Shown: one piece after another, positions 36,974 to 47,331 of the stretch | How positions within the stretch are numbered: the stretch's first letter is position 1 | Layout of the letters: every line of letters begins with the position of its first letter | DNA from: Candidatus Hydrogenedentales bacterium | GTDB taxonomy: Bacteria; Hydrogenedentota; Hydrogenedentia; Hydrogenedentales; SLHB01 | Assembly (NCBI GenBank): GCA_050950105.1 | Contig: JBMNGZ010000005.1 | Span: forward strand, 320,697 to 384,696 | Length of the DNA stretch: 64,000 nt | Direction: 5' to 3' | The notes under the pieces: model-generated | What the model saw: only the letters and a program-made list of their open reading frames with translations | What the model was told of the DNA's origin: nothing | Databases searched by the model: none | Program-made: the position numbers and the translations under genes

Positions 36974-39900
36974 TTGGCAGGCATGGCCGGATTGAAGAAT
37001 TCCGAGACACATTGGACACGTCCCTGGCTCATCTGGACAGTTGTGCTGCTGGTCGTAGTGGGCGCGCTTTTGGAATTCGGCTCCTTCTACGTGGATGCGA
37101 ACCAGTTGCCTCCGCGGAACCTGGGCAGTTTTCTCAGCCTGATATCGGCCGTTTTTCTTGCTTCCGCGGGCATTGTGCTTGTGCGCCATCTTAAATATGA
37201 GCGTGCATCCCGCATCATCATGGAAGTGGCGGCCGGCCTGTTTCTTTATTCCAAAATTATCGCTTGGGCAGGATGGTTTCCCTCACTCAGCAGCGTGCCG
37301 CTGTTTGGCGTTCATGGGCCGGGCTTTGCCCTGCTCGAAACGAATACGCATACCATAGCCCTGCTTTTGGTCTTGATTGGGTTCATTCGTTCGACGTGGG
37401 TAGCCAGCAAGATGCGCCATGACCTGGAACTCCGAAACCAGGCTCTGACGCACGAAATGGAGCAGCGCACTGCGGTTGAGCGCGAGCTGCGCGCCAGTGA
37501 AATCCGGTACCGGGATCTGGTGGCGGAAATCCCCGACGTAGTCTGGCGTCTGGATACGGCAGGCGTCTTCACCTTTATCAGCCCCGCGGTTGAGATGGTT
37601 TTTGGCATGGCGCCTGACGCGGTTGTGGGCACGCGCCTGGACCATGTGTTTCCCCCCGCGCTGGCCGAGCGTGCTCTCGCCTCTCTGACAAAGAAGATAC
37701 AGTCCGAACCTGGGGAAACGTTTCTACCGTTCCAGTTTCATCAAAGCCGACCGGATGGGCAAGTGCGTTTCTTCGAGGCCGTGAGCGCCCCGGTATACAG
37801 CCCCGAAGGGGAGATTCAGGAAGTCCAGGGGATTTTACGCGACGTAACCATCCACATTGAAGCCAACGAGGCGCTGGCAGCCAGTAAAGAAAAATACCGC
37901 ACCTTTGTTGAAAACAGCCCCATGTTGATTGTCCGGACCAATCGCGACCTGAAGTATATTTTTGCCAACAAGGCCTCCCTCGACGTCGCGGGACTGACGC
38001 GTGATGACGTGCTTGGCAAGGGCCAGGAAGTCATTCAAGATGTCACGCACCCTGACGACCATGCCCGGATCGTCACTCACTGCCACGAAGTGCTTGCCAC
38101 CGAAGAACGCCGTGTAGCCGAGGTTCGGTTCCGCGATTCGTCCGGCCAGTGGCGCTGGTTTGCCCATCTGGTCTACCCCTGGTATGAGCCGAACGGCCAA
38201 CTGGGCGGGATCGAGGCAACCGCCCGGGACGTGACCGAGCAAAAGCGAGACCAGGAGGCTCTTCGCCAGAGTGAAGAGACGGCCCGCGCGCTCCTTAATG
38301 CGACCAGCGATCTCGTCGGGCTTCTCGATGAGGAAGGCCGTTTGCTCGCCTGCAATGAACATTTTGCAGCCAGTCTGGGCATACCGGCGGCCGAGCTGGT
38401 GGGCGCCGATTACCGCGAACTGGTTCAGGGCGAAACCGGTCGCAAACGATGGGAGAACGCGGTCGCGGTGATGCGAACCGGCCGGCAGATCTTGTTCAGC
38501 GACGATTATAACGGCCGCCATTTCGAGCACTGCTTCTATCCGGTGGGGGATGAACAAGGCAACTTTACACGGCTTGCCTTCTACTCGCGCGACGTGACGG
38601 CCTTCCTTCGCAAGGAAGAGGAACGCATCCGGTTGGCGGCGGCCATTGAACAGGCGCCTGATCTGGTCATCATCACGGATGCGGATGGCTTTGTACAGTA
38701 TGTGAACCCCGGTTTCGAACGTAACACCGGGTATACGCGCGAGGATGTCGCGGGGAAGAGCACACGGTTTCTCCGTTCGAACGAACATGACGATGCATTC
38801 TATGAGGCGATCCAGGAGACGATTTCTCGAGGAGTGACGTGGTCGGGAAGGATGGTGTGCCGCCGCAAAGACGAGAGCCTGTTTGAATCGGACGCAACCG
38901 CCTCGCCCGTGCAGAACGCCGCAGGCGTGATCAGCAATTACATCTGGTTGATGCATGACGTATCGACCGAAGTGAGCCTCGAACGCCAGTTGCTCCAAGC
39001 GCAGAAGATGGAGGCCGTGGGCACGCTGGCGGGGGGGATCGCGCATGATTTCAACAATATTCTCTCGTTGATCCTCGGGTACAGCGAACTGCTCCTGGAT
39101 CTCCTGGCCGACAACGGTCCGGCGCTTATCAACGTACGGCAGATCGCCAAGGCCGGCAACCGTGGCGCTGAATTGGTTCGGCAGATTCTCACGTTCAGCC
39201 GACAGGCCGAGCGGCGTTGCGAACCCTGCAAGCTCGGGCCGATCCTGAATGAATCGCTCCGCTTTCTGGCGGCGTCCCTGCCGGCTGCGGTCGAAATTCA
39301 GCAGCGTATTGAAGAAGAGACCGGCTCGGTCATGGCCGATCCGATACAGATTTACCAGACAATAATGAATCTCTGCACCAACGCATATCAGGCAATGGGC
39401 AACGGAGGCGGCGTGCTCGAATTGACCCTCGACGAAGTGGAAATCGATGCGGCGTTTCAGGCGGATGCCGGTGCGCCCGAGCCCGGCAGATATGTGCGCC
39501 TGACCGTGTCCGATACAGGCACAGGGATTGAACTGGACAACATCGGGCGGATCTTTGAACCGTTTTTCTCCACCAAAAAACCCAGCCAGGGCACAGGGCT
39601 CGGCTTATCCACCGTGCATGGAATCGTGACCGGGTATGGAGGCGCCGTGACGGTTCGCAGCGTAGTTGGAGAAGGCACGGTCTTCGAGGTGTACCTGCCG
39701 CAAATGGACGCGGAAGCTCCGGTGGAACGCGTGAGTGAGGAGTATCCTGGCGTGGGAACCGAGCGCATCCTGTTTGTGGATGACGATCCGGACCTCTCCC
39801 AGATGGCGGGGATGATGCTGCACCAGTTGGGCTACCGCGTCGAGACGTTCACGAACAGTCTTGCGGCGTTCGAGGCGTTCCGGGCGAGTCCGAAAAACTA

Positions 39901-40141
39901 TGACCTTGCGATTATTGACCAGATTATGCCGCATCTGATGGGTGTGGAACTGGCAAAACGCATCCTGGAGACCCGGCCGGGGTTTCCGGTGTTTTTGCTC
40001 ACGGGCTACAGTGAAGGCATCACGCCGGAGCAGGCACGCGAGTTGGGCATTTGCGAATTCCTTATGAAACCGTTCTCATCCCGAGAACTGGGCGGCCTCA
40101 TCCGGAAAACGCTCGATAGGCTGATGCCCGAGCGCAATTGA
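36974..40141 (+). CDS. Membrane-bound hybrid sensor histidine kinase (about 5 TM, 4 PAS, HisKA, HATPase, REC)
   Basis: AGGIAHDFNNIL H-box, NLCTNA, DTGTG, FSTK...GTGLGL, receiver DLAIIDQIMP; PAS repeats (FISPAV, FANKA, YVNPGFE). Confidence 0.93.
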   Translation: MAGMAGLKNSETHWTRPWLIWTVVLLVVVGALLEFGSFYVDANQLPPRNLGSFLSLISAVFLASAGIVLVRHLKYERASRIIMEVAAGLFLYSKIIAWAGWFPSLSSVPLFGVHGPGFALLETNTHTIALLLVLIGFIRSTWVASKMRHDLELRNQALTHEMEQRTAVERELRASEIRYRDLVAEIPDVVWRLDTAGVFTFISPAVEMVFGMAPDAVVGTRLDHVFPPALAERALASLTKKIQSEPGETFLPFQFHQSRPDGQVRFFEAVSAPVYSPEGEIQEVQGILRDVTIHIEANEALAASKEKYRTFVENSPMLIVRTNRDLKYIFANKASLDVAGLTRDDVLGKGQEVIQDVTHPDDHARIVTHCHEVLATEERRVAEVRFRDSSGQWRWFAHLVYPWYEPNGQLGGIEATARDVTEQKRDQEALRQSEETARALLNATSDLVGLLDEEGRLLACNEHFAASLGIPAAELVGADYRELVQGETGRKRWENAVAVMRTGRQILFSDDYNGRHFEHCFYPVGDEQGNFTRLAFYSRDVTAFLRKEEERIRLAAAIEQAPDLVIITDADGFVQYVNPGFERNTGYTREDVAGKSTRFLRSNEHDDAFYEAIQETISRGVTWSGRMVCRRKDESLFESDATASPVQNAAGVISNYIWLMHDVSTEVSLERQLLQAQKMEAVGTLAGGIAHDFNNILSLILGYSELLLDLLADNGPALINVRQIAKAGNRGAELVRQILTFSRQAERRCEPCKLGPILNESLRFLAASLPAAVEIQQRIEEETGSVMADPIQIYQTIMNLCTNAYQAMGNGGGVLELTLDEVEIDAAFQADAGAPEPGRYVRLTVSDTGTGIELDNIGRIFEPFFSTKKPSQGTGLGLSTVHGIVTGYGGAVTVRSVVGEGTVFEVYLPQMDAEAPVERVSEEYPGVGTERILFVDDDPDLSQMAGMMLHQLGYRVETFTNSLAAFEAFRASPKNYDLAIIDQIMPHLMGVELAKRILETRPGFPVFLLTGYSEGITPEQARELGICEFLMKPFSSRELGGLIRKTLDRLMPERN

Positions 40142-40392
40142 GGGCAGCACTCCGACTGATTTGTCACGCGGGAGTCAACCGGGGATATTCCGAGTCGTGT
40201 AGCCCATGGCCCGCTCTCGTGCGCGCCACTTGATCCCATTCAGCGAAGTGGACTACTGTGAACGAGTGGCGCAAGTCTGGACTGGGGCGCGCGCGAACTA
40301 CCGTTTCGATAGATTGCGGCGCAGTCTTGTGTAAACCAGATATTTGCAGAGGCTTTCGGGCGGAGCCCGATATACAAGGAAAGGGGGCCACC

Positions 40393-40977
40393 ATGGCGTT
40401 TACATTACCTTCGCTTCCGTTCAGCAGGAGCGCGCTGGAACCGATCATCAGTGCGGAGACCCTCGAATTTCATTACGGCAAGCACCACCAGGCCTATCTC
40501 AACAACCTCAACGGGCTGGTCGAAGGCAAGCCCGAAGCAACCATGCCGCTCGACGAGCTCATCATGAAAGCCGAAGGCGCCGTATTCAATAACGCGGCCC
40601 AGGTATGGAACCACTCGTTTTACTGGAACTGCCTCAAACCGGGTGGAGGCGGAGAACCTTCCGGCGCCCTGCTGGAGGCCATCGACCGCGATTTCGGCTC
40701 TTTCGGCGCGTTCAAGGAAGAATTCAGCGGGGCCGCGGCCAAGCTCTTCGGCTCCGGTTGGGCGTGGCTGGTTCTCGACGGCGGCAAACTCAAGATTACG
40801 CAGACCTCAAATGCCGATCTGCCCATGAAACATGGCCAGACCGCACTGTTGACCATTGACGTATGGGAACATGCGTATTACATCGACTACCGCAACGCCC
40901 GGCCCAAATATATTGAGGCCGTACTCGACAACCTCATCAACTGGGATTTTGTCGAGCAAAACCTGACTCAAGGCTGA
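40393..40977 (+). CDS. sodB: Superoxide dismutase, Fe-type signature
   Basis: HYGKHHQAY, NNAAQVWNHSFYW (AAQ is Fe-type), FGSGWAWL, DVWEHAYY. Confidence 0.93.
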   Translation: MAFTLPSLPFSRSALEPIISAETLEFHYGKHHQAYLNNLNGLVEGKPEATMPLDELIMKAEGAVFNNAAQVWNHSFYWNCLKPGGGGEPSGALLEAIDRDFGSFGAFKEEFSGAAAKLFGSGWAWLVLDGGKLKITQTSNADLPMKHGQTALLTIDVWEHAYYIDYRNARPKYIEAVLDNLINWDFVEQNLTQG

Positions 40978-40982
40978 GCGCA

Positions 40983-41012
40983 GCGACAGCAAGCGCAGAG
41001 GACAGCTGTCGC
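40983..41012 (+). repeat. 8-bp inverted repeat after sodB (hairpin without U tract)
   Basis: GCGACAGC ... GCTGTCGC. Confidence 0.4.
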
Positions 41013-41091
41013 CGTTGGCATGGTTCGGAATGCCCGTCGTCGTGTATGCCCGATTTCGTTTCTGGCCGGCGGCGGGCGCGCTCTGCATGGG

Positions 41092-41868
41092 ATGAAGAAA
41101 ACCGCAATGGACCTGGGCCGCATCGAAGAGTATTACCTGGATGCCCGGCAATACGACGCCGAAAACGACGATTATGTGCTGGACATCCCGTTCTACGTCG
41201 AGCGCGCGAAACGAGCGGGCGGGCCCGTGCTGGAGATTGCCTGCGGAACCGGCCGTGTGGCGCTGCCCATCGCGCGCGAAGGCATCGAAGTCGTCGGGCT
41301 CGATGTCGCCCCGGCCATGCTGGCACGGCTTCGTGACAAGGCAGCCCGCGAGGGTCTCCGAATCTCGGTCGTAGAGGCCGACTGCCGGGATTTCGCGCTC
41401 GGGCGCGAATTCCCGCTGATTATCTGTCCTTTCAGCGCGATGCAGCATCTTTATGACCTTCCCTCCCTCGAATCCCTCCTGGAACGCGTCCAAACGCATT
41501 TGGAGGCCGATGGGCTCTTCCTGTTCGACGTGTTCAACCCCAACGTCGAAATTCTCTCGAGCGGCGGCGGCGCACGCGCGCGTATTTTCACGTACACGGA
41601 CCCGGAATCCGGGGCCGATGTCTTCGTCGAAGAAACGACGGACTATGACGATGCAGCCCAGGTCTTGCACATCACCTGGTACAGCACGGGAGGCGGGACC
41701 GACGAGATTCGCGAGGAGACGATCCACCTCCGATGTTTCTACCCGCAGGAGCTGGACATGATACTCCGCTACAATCGCTTTGAAATCCTGGAGAAGCTCG
41801 GCAAATTTTCTGGAGAACCGTTTGAGGCGGGTCTGGGCCGCCAGATCGTGGTGTGCCGGCCGGTCTGA
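41092..41868 (+). CDS. Class I SAM-dependent methyltransferase
   Basis: VLEIACGTGR, VVGLDVAPAML, ADCRDF, GLFLFDVFNP. Confidence 0.88.
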   Translation: MKKTAMDLGRIEEYYLDARQYDAENDDYVLDIPFYVERAKRAGGPVLEIACGTGRVALPIAREGIEVVGLDVAPAMLARLRDKAAREGLRISVVEADCRDFALGREFPLIICPFSAMQHLYDLPSLESLLERVQTHLEADGLFLFDVFNPNVEILSSGGGARARIFTYTDPESGADVFVEETTDYDDAAQVLHITWYSTGGGTDEIREETIHLRCFYPQELDMILRYNRFEILEKLGKFSGEPFEAGLGRQIVVCRPV

Positions 41869-42263
41869 CGCGCGATGGATTGAGACCCCTGCTCGAAAAT
41901 GGCCGGTTTTTCCGATCTGCGTCCTGCTACCCGGTCTGGGTGCTGGAAAACGAGATGGGCCCGCAGGTGCTGTGGCTCACGGAGAGGTTGTGCGAAGCGG
42001 TGGTCCTCGAACCCGGTATACGTCTGCGTTGTCTATACCGGCATTGGAGGGGTTGCATTCGATTTTGAGATGGACGACCCCGGTTTCTGTGCGTAGCTGC
42101 ATTGATCCCCTCGCCCGATTACGGTACTTTAGAGGAGGTGCAAGCCGCCCCGGCGCCTGGACGAGAGGCGGACTGCCTGCGCGCAGGCGCGTCGGGGGGG
42201 GGGCACAGTAGCAATGAAGACACGCAGCCGGAAGGCTGGAACCATCTACAGGGGAGTCATGCC

Positions 42264-43130
42264 ATGAAAATCAGCGTAAGCGGATGGACCGTCGGTGGGT
42301 TCAACAACGAGACGCCTATCCTCGAGGCAGCGAAGCTGGCACAAGACGCGGGCTTTGACGCTATCGAACTGTGTTTTGGCGCGGGTGAGTTGAGTCCGGA
42401 AACCTCCGAAGCTGCTCTGACCGCTATGAGAGAGGGCATCGAAGGGATGGGATTCGCCATTTCGTCGCTGGCCACGGGGGTATACTGGGCGAAATCGCTG
42501 TCGAGCCCGGACGAGGCCGAGCGGAAGGAGGCCGTCGAGTTCACCAAGGCCTATATCAACGCCGCCAGCGTGCTTGGGGTCGACGCGATCCTGGTGGTGC
42601 CGGGCGCCGTCAACGTGCCGTTTGATCCGTCGCGCCCGGTGGTGCCCTCGAAAACGGTGTGGGACATCTCGCAGCGGTCGATCAAGGAGCTGCTGCCGTT
42701 GGCGGAGAAGGCCGGGGTGGCCATTTGCGTCGAAAATGTCTGGAACAAGTTTTTGACCGGCCCGTTTGAGCTGGCTCAGTATATTGATTCTTTCCAATCG
42801 CCGTTTGTGAAATCCTATTTCGACGCGGGCAACGTGCTGCTGACGGGGTATCCGGAGCACTGGATCGAAGTGTTGGGCGGGAAACGCATCGGCCGGGTGC
42901 ATGTCAAGAATTTCACGGCCCACGACGGGGGCGGCACGCTGGCGGATTTCACCGACAGCCTGATGAAGGGCACGTTGAACTGGGAGGCCGTGTTCGATGC
43001 GCTCAAGGAGGTGGGATACGACGGCTACATCACCCCGGAGATGCTCGTCAGCGAGAAGGGCCTGCCCGATGAAGAGCTGGCGCGCCAGGTTGCCAAAGAC
43101 ATGCGCAAACTGCTCGAAAAATATGGCTGA
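42264..43130 (+). CDS. Sugar phosphate isomerase/epimerase (AP endonuclease 2 TIM barrel)
   Basis: GFDAIEL, CVENVWN, YFDAGN, VHVKNF, YITPEM. Confidence 0.9.
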   Translation: MKISVSGWTVGGFNNETPILEAAKLAQDAGFDAIELCFGAGELSPETSEAALTAMREGIEGMGFAISSLATGVYWAKSLSSPDEAERKEAVEFTKAYINAASVLGVDAILVVPGAVNVPFDPSRPVVPSKTVWDISQRSIKELLPLAEKAGVAICVENVWNKFLTGPFELAQYIDSFQSPFVKSYFDAGNVLLTGYPEHWIEVLGGKRIGRVHVKNFTAHDGGGTLADFTDSLMKGTLNWEAVFDALKEVGYDGYITPEMLVSEKGLPDEELARQVAKDMRKLLEKYG

Positions 43131-43175
43131 ACACGTAACGCTTCGCCACACGGTGAAGCAACGAAGGAGAGGATC

Positions 43176-44168
43176 ATGCACAAGGTGGGAATTATCGGAC
43201 TCGGGTTCATCGGCAAGATGCACCTCGGCTCACTGCGGCGCACGGGGATGGCCGAAATCGTGGCCGTCGCCGACAAGAATCCGGAAAACCTGGGTCAAGG
43301 GGCCGTCCAGGAAGGCAATATCGCCCTGGAAGGCGACCTCAGCCTCGACGGCGTCAAAACGTACAGTGATGGAGACGAACTGCTGGCCGATCCAGACGTC
43401 GAGATCGCGCTGATCACGTTGCCAACCTACCTCCATAAGGAATACGTGTTGAAGGCCATGAAGGCGGACAAACACGTCATGTGCGAAAAGCCGTTTGTGC
43501 GCTATTCAGACGAGGGCAGAGAAATCCTCGCGGCGATGGAGGGGTACAACAAGAATCTGATGGTGCTGCAATGCATCCGGTTCTGGCCGGCCTACGCGAA
43601 GGCCTATGATTACGTGAAATCGGGCGAGTATGGCAAGGTCTTGTCGGCCCATTTCGTTCGCCAAAGCCCCAAGCCCACCTGGAGCTGGGACAACTGGCTG
43701 ATGGACAACCCCCGCGGCGGCGGCGCTCTCGTGGATCTGCACATTCACGACGTGGATTTCGTCAATTACTGTTTCGGGAAACCGGACTCGATCCAGGCTG
43801 CGGGCGTCGACGTTCCCGGCGAGGGCGTGGGCGACATCCTGGCGCTCTACAGCTACCAGGGCGGCCCGGTGGTGACCCTGCACGGCGCGTGGAACTACAC
43901 GCCGAAATTCCCCTTCCGGATGGCGTTCACGATGTCGCTCGAAAACGCGTCGCTCGAGTTTAACTCGATGGTGGATATGAACCTGCGCGTATACCCCAAA
44001 GAAGGCGGTGAACTGGTTCCCGAACTCGAGTCGGCGGATGGCTACCTGCTCGAGGAGAAGTACTTCCTCGAATGCGTCAGCAAAGGCGTCAAACCGACTA
44101 TCGTGACGCCTGAGGATGCACTTGAATCCGTCGTGCTGGCGGAGCGGGAACTGGCAGCGATGTCCTGA
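43176..44168 (+). CDS. Gfo/Idh/MocA family oxidoreductase
   Basis: KVGIIGLGFIG, LPTYLH, CEKP, DLHIHDVD. Confidence 0.92.
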   Translation: MHKVGIIGLGFIGKMHLGSLRRTGMAEIVAVADKNPENLGQGAVQEGNIALEGDLSLDGVKTYSDGDELLADPDVEIALITLPTYLHKEYVLKAMKADKHVMCEKPFVRYSDEGREILAAMEGYNKNLMVLQCIRFWPAYAKAYDYVKSGEYGKVLSAHFVRQSPKPTWSWDNWLMDNPRGGGALVDLHIHDVDFVNYCFGKPDSIQAAGVDVPGEGVGDILALYSYQGGPVVTLHGAWNYTPKFPFRMAFTMSLENASLEFNSMVDMNLRVYPKEGGELVPELESADGYLLEEKYFLECVSKGVKPTIVTPEDALESVVLAERELAAMS

Positions 44169-44199
44169 TCCCGCGGCATCCCGAAAGCGGCCTCGATCA

Positions 44200-44230
44200 C
44201 GCCCGGAGGACTCCTCTCCGGGCGTTTTTT
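44200..44230 (+). terminator. Intrinsic terminator
   Basis: CGCCCGGAG-gactcct-CTCCGGGCG-TTTTTT. Confidence 0.85.
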
Positions 44231-44335
44231 GTGTTCCGGCGGGCTCGCATTTTCGCGGGGCCGGGTCGCTGCCCTTTTTTCTTTCGCGCCGTAGCGATAT
44301 AGTATCTCTGAAGTCTGGGTGAAATGGGGGAGATC

Positions 44336-45976
44336 ATGTCTGCTGAAAATTCGCTTCGCGACGCGGTGAGAGACTGGACGCGCCTGCTGGGTGAAGAAAA
44401 TGTCCGGACGGATGAGGACACCCTCGCGTGGTACTCGCGGACTACGCAGGATACCGCGCCTCGTCCCAGTTGTATCGTTTATCCCCAATCCACCGAGCAG
44501 GTGCAGGAACTCGTGCGGCTGGCCAAGCGCTACGGGGTGGTGTTGTACCCCATTTCGCGGGGGCGGAACTGGGGCTACGGGGATGCCTGTGCGCCGACGC
44601 CGGAGGCGGCCATCGTCGATCTCTCGCGCATGGACCAGATTCTCGAGGTGAACACCGAGCTGGCGTATGCGGTAATTCAGCCCGGGGTGTCGCAGGGCCA
44701 ATTATACGCGTATCTGACGGAACACCAGACCGGATTGTGGATGGACAGCACCGGCGCCGGCCCCGATTCCAGCCTGGTGGGCAATACCCTCGACCGGGGT
44801 TTTGGGCATACGCGCTACGGCGATCATTTCGAAACCTGCTGCGGGATGGAGGTCGTTCTGGCCGATGGCCGTGTGCTCGAGACGGGCTTCGGCCATTTTG
44901 CGAATGCCAAGGCCGGACGCGTATATCGTTACGGCGTGGGCCCGTTTCTGGATGGGCTTTTCTGTCAGTCCAATTATGGGATCATCACGAAGATCGGCAT
45001 CTGGCTCATGCCGGAGCCCGAAGACTTCTGTTTTTTCTTTTGCACCGTGAAGAACGATGACGGTCTGGAGCGCCTGATCGACGCGCTGCGCCCGTTCCGG
45101 CTACGCCGCATGCTCGACTCGGCGATCCATATCGGGAACGATTTGCGCGTATTGAGCAGCCGAATTCATTATCCCTGGGAATCGGTGGGCCAGGCAGGCG
45201 CACTCTCCGACCGCTTCCGCCAGCAATTGCGGAAAACGCACGGCATCGGCGAATGGAGTGTCGGCGGCGCGTTGACGGGGACGCGCGGGCATGTGCGCGA
45301 CATGCGCCGCCTCTTGCGCCGTGCGCTCGGGCCCTTGGGCAAGCTCATCTTCGTGGATGACGCGAAACTCGCCCTCGGCTGGCGTGTCGCACGCCTTGCG
45401 GAACGCTTCGGCATGACCACGCTGTCCGAGCAACTGGCCTCGTTGCGGCCCGTCTACGCCCAGATGAAAGGCGCTCCGACGGACGAATCGGTCCATGGAA
45501 CGCAATGGCGCCTGCGGCATCCCCCCGACCACGATACCGACCCTAGAGACCCTCTGGAAAGCGGATGCGGGCTGATGTGGTTCTCGCCCGTCGTCCCGAT
45601 GACCGGGCGCGATGCACGGCGCGTTCTGACGCTTATCAAACCGGTCCTGGCGGAATACGATTTTGATCTGCTCGCCACGTTCACCCTGTTGAATGAACGC
45701 GCCATGATAGGGATTCTCAACGTAGCCTTCGACAAAGGCGTGCCGGAAGAGGTCGAGCGCGCCATGGCCTGTTATGATGACGCCATGCGGGTCCTGATCG
45801 ACGACGGCTATGTGCCGTACCGGACGGGGCTGCGCGGTATGGACAAGATTCGGGATGAGAAGGATGTTTTCTGGCAGGTGGCCCGCGAGATCAAGCAGGT
45901 GCTCGACCCGGGCGACATCATTGCCCGCGGGCGCTATGTGCCGCCGCTCGGCGAACGCGATCCTGCCGGTCTTTGA
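44336..45976 (+). CDS. VAO/PCMH-family FAD-binding oxidoreductase (p-cresol methylhydroxylase flavoprotein-like)
   Basis: PISRGRNWGYG, QPGVSQGQL, GNTLDRGFG, GMEVVLADG, QSNYGIITK, PYRTG, DPGDIIARGR. Confidence 0.85.
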   Translation: MSAENSLRDAVRDWTRLLGEENVRTDEDTLAWYSRTTQDTAPRPSCIVYPQSTEQVQELVRLAKRYGVVLYPISRGRNWGYGDACAPTPEAAIVDLSRMDQILEVNTELAYAVIQPGVSQGQLYAYLTEHQTGLWMDSTGAGPDSSLVGNTLDRGFGHTRYGDHFETCCGMEVVLADGRVLETGFGHFANAKAGRVYRYGVGPFLDGLFCQSNYGIITKIGIWLMPEPEDFCFFFCTVKNDDGLERLIDALRPFRLRRMLDSAIHIGNDLRVLSSRIHYPWESVGQAGALSDRFRQQLRKTHGIGEWSVGGALTGTRGHVRDMRRLLRRALGPLGKLIFVDDAKLALGWRVARLAERFGMTTLSEQLASLRPVYAQMKGAPTDESVHGTQWRLRHPPDHDTDPRDPLESGCGLMWFSPVVPMTGRDARRVLTLIKPVLAEYDFDLLATFTLLNERAMIGILNVAFDKGVPEEVERAMACYDDAMRVLIDDGYVPYRTGLRGMDKIRDEKDVFWQVAREIKQVLDPGDIIARGRYVPPLGERDPAGL

Positions 45977-46074
45977 AACACGGTCCAATCAGGGCGCCTG
46001 CCTCGATAATGGGGCTGTCAACTCAATTGCCGGCGCCTGCCCGCGTGGCGACGAAGTGGTCTGGATGCCGGCAA

Positions 46075-47166
46075 TTACAAAGACTCGATAAGCGGGTCGT
46101 TCGTTTTTTCGCGAAACATACCGGGTTCCGGAAGGTGGTCTTCGTAAATTTCGACCCCGGACTTTTCACGCAGGGCCTTCATGAATTTGACGAAATAGAT
46201 TGCCGGGGCAAGCTCTTCCTCGGCTTCCTCCAGGGACATCTGGGTTGCCGGATTGACTTCGAGGATTTCGGCCACCATATAGCCGGTGAGATTAGCGCTC
46301 TGCGCGTCGTTGCCACTGCCCTGGAGCACCATCTCCCAGTCTTCGATAATCATGGGGCCCAGAATGCGCCCCTTCTGCGTCTCTGACGCCTGTTCCCAAA
46401 AAGACTGAAACTTGGGTTGTCCCATATTGACGAGAGTCGTCTGCAGGGGGATGGCTTTGCGCGCGTCGACAAAGGATGCGGCCACGTCATCCCAGGGGTC
46501 TCCTTTGACGAGACGTTTTCGGGCGTCTGCGGAATCGGGCCCGGCGTCAGGAGCCTGCACCGGGAAGACCAGGCCGCGGAAAGTAACGCGTTCGGGATTG
46601 AACAACCCGCCTTTTTGCATTTCGTATTCGGCCGCAAACTCTTCATTGCTGATGGTGATTTCATCATTTTCAACGGCTTCCTGGATGGCCAGGATAAGGG
46701 CTTCGCGGCGCATGACGTTTTCCCGGAGTTCATCGATGCCTTTCTGCCGTCTCTGTTGCAGTGCGTTGAAATCGGCCTGGTTCATTCCGAATTCTTCGAG
46801 CTGTTCCACGGAGATGCTCATTTCCGGGTGCTGGGCGTCGTAAAACAGGGCGAGCCTCTCTTCGGGGGGCAGCTGGATTTTATCCTCCGCCAGTGAGGCA
46901 GCGAGAACCAGTTTCTGCAATTCGGTATCGATGTATTTTTCGAGCACTTTGAGGAGATCGCCCCGGTTATTGATGTGGGGGCGCTCCTCCGGCGCCATCC
47001 GCCGCAGGTATTTGTGCAGATCTCCGCGGGTGATATAGGTCGTACCGACTTTAGCGATACGAATGCGGTCCTTGTCCACGATGTTGCCGCATGCGGTGAA
47101 CAGGCAGGCGAGCAGAAGGGCCAGCAACGCATTGCCCAGTGGTGCGAATGGAGATAAACGCCTCAT
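46075..47166 (-). CDS. SurA/PrsA-like lipoprotein with degenerate parvulin domain
   Basis: Lipobox LFTAC; IAKVGTTYIT...LLKVLEKYID N-domain; C-terminal LREKSGVEIY. Confidence 0.65.
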   Translation of the reverse strand: MRRLSPFAPLGNALLALLLACLFTACGNIVDKDRIRIAKVGTTYITRGDLHKYLRRMAPEERPHINNRGDLLKVLEKYIDTELQKLVLAASLAEDKIQLPPEERLALFYDAQHPEMSISVEQLEEFGMNQADFNALQQRRQKGIDELRENVMRREALILAIQEAVENDEITISNEEFAAEYEMQKGGLFNPERVTFRGLVFPVQAPDAGPDSADARKRLVKGDPWDDVAASFVDARKAIPLQTTLVNMGQPKFQSFWEQASETQKGRILGPMIIEDWEMVLQGSGNDAQSANLTGYMVAEILEVNPATQMSLEEAEEELAPAIYFVKFMKALREKSGVEIYEDHLPEPGMFREKTNDPLIESL

Positions 47167-47331
47167 GAAAGCCTCCTTTAACATTGCGGAAGTCTAGCAC
47201 GAACGGGCGCTGCGGAAAAAGCTGTCTGAATTGCCTGGATTGCGCGTGCCCGGGGCGGATGGTATCCTCGGTCCAAGCTGGCCGACGGTGATGCGCGCGG
47301 CGTCGGCACTGAGTTTGAGTGAGGAGAGGTC

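Noticed and set aside
40141-40392. Fur box upstream of sodB
   Set aside because: No GATAATGATAATCATTATC-like sequence is visible.
41853-42068. 71-aa ORF in the methyltransferase-epimerase intergenic region
   Set aside because: No SD, overlaps the upstream stop and has no recognisable motif; cannot be supported without homology data.
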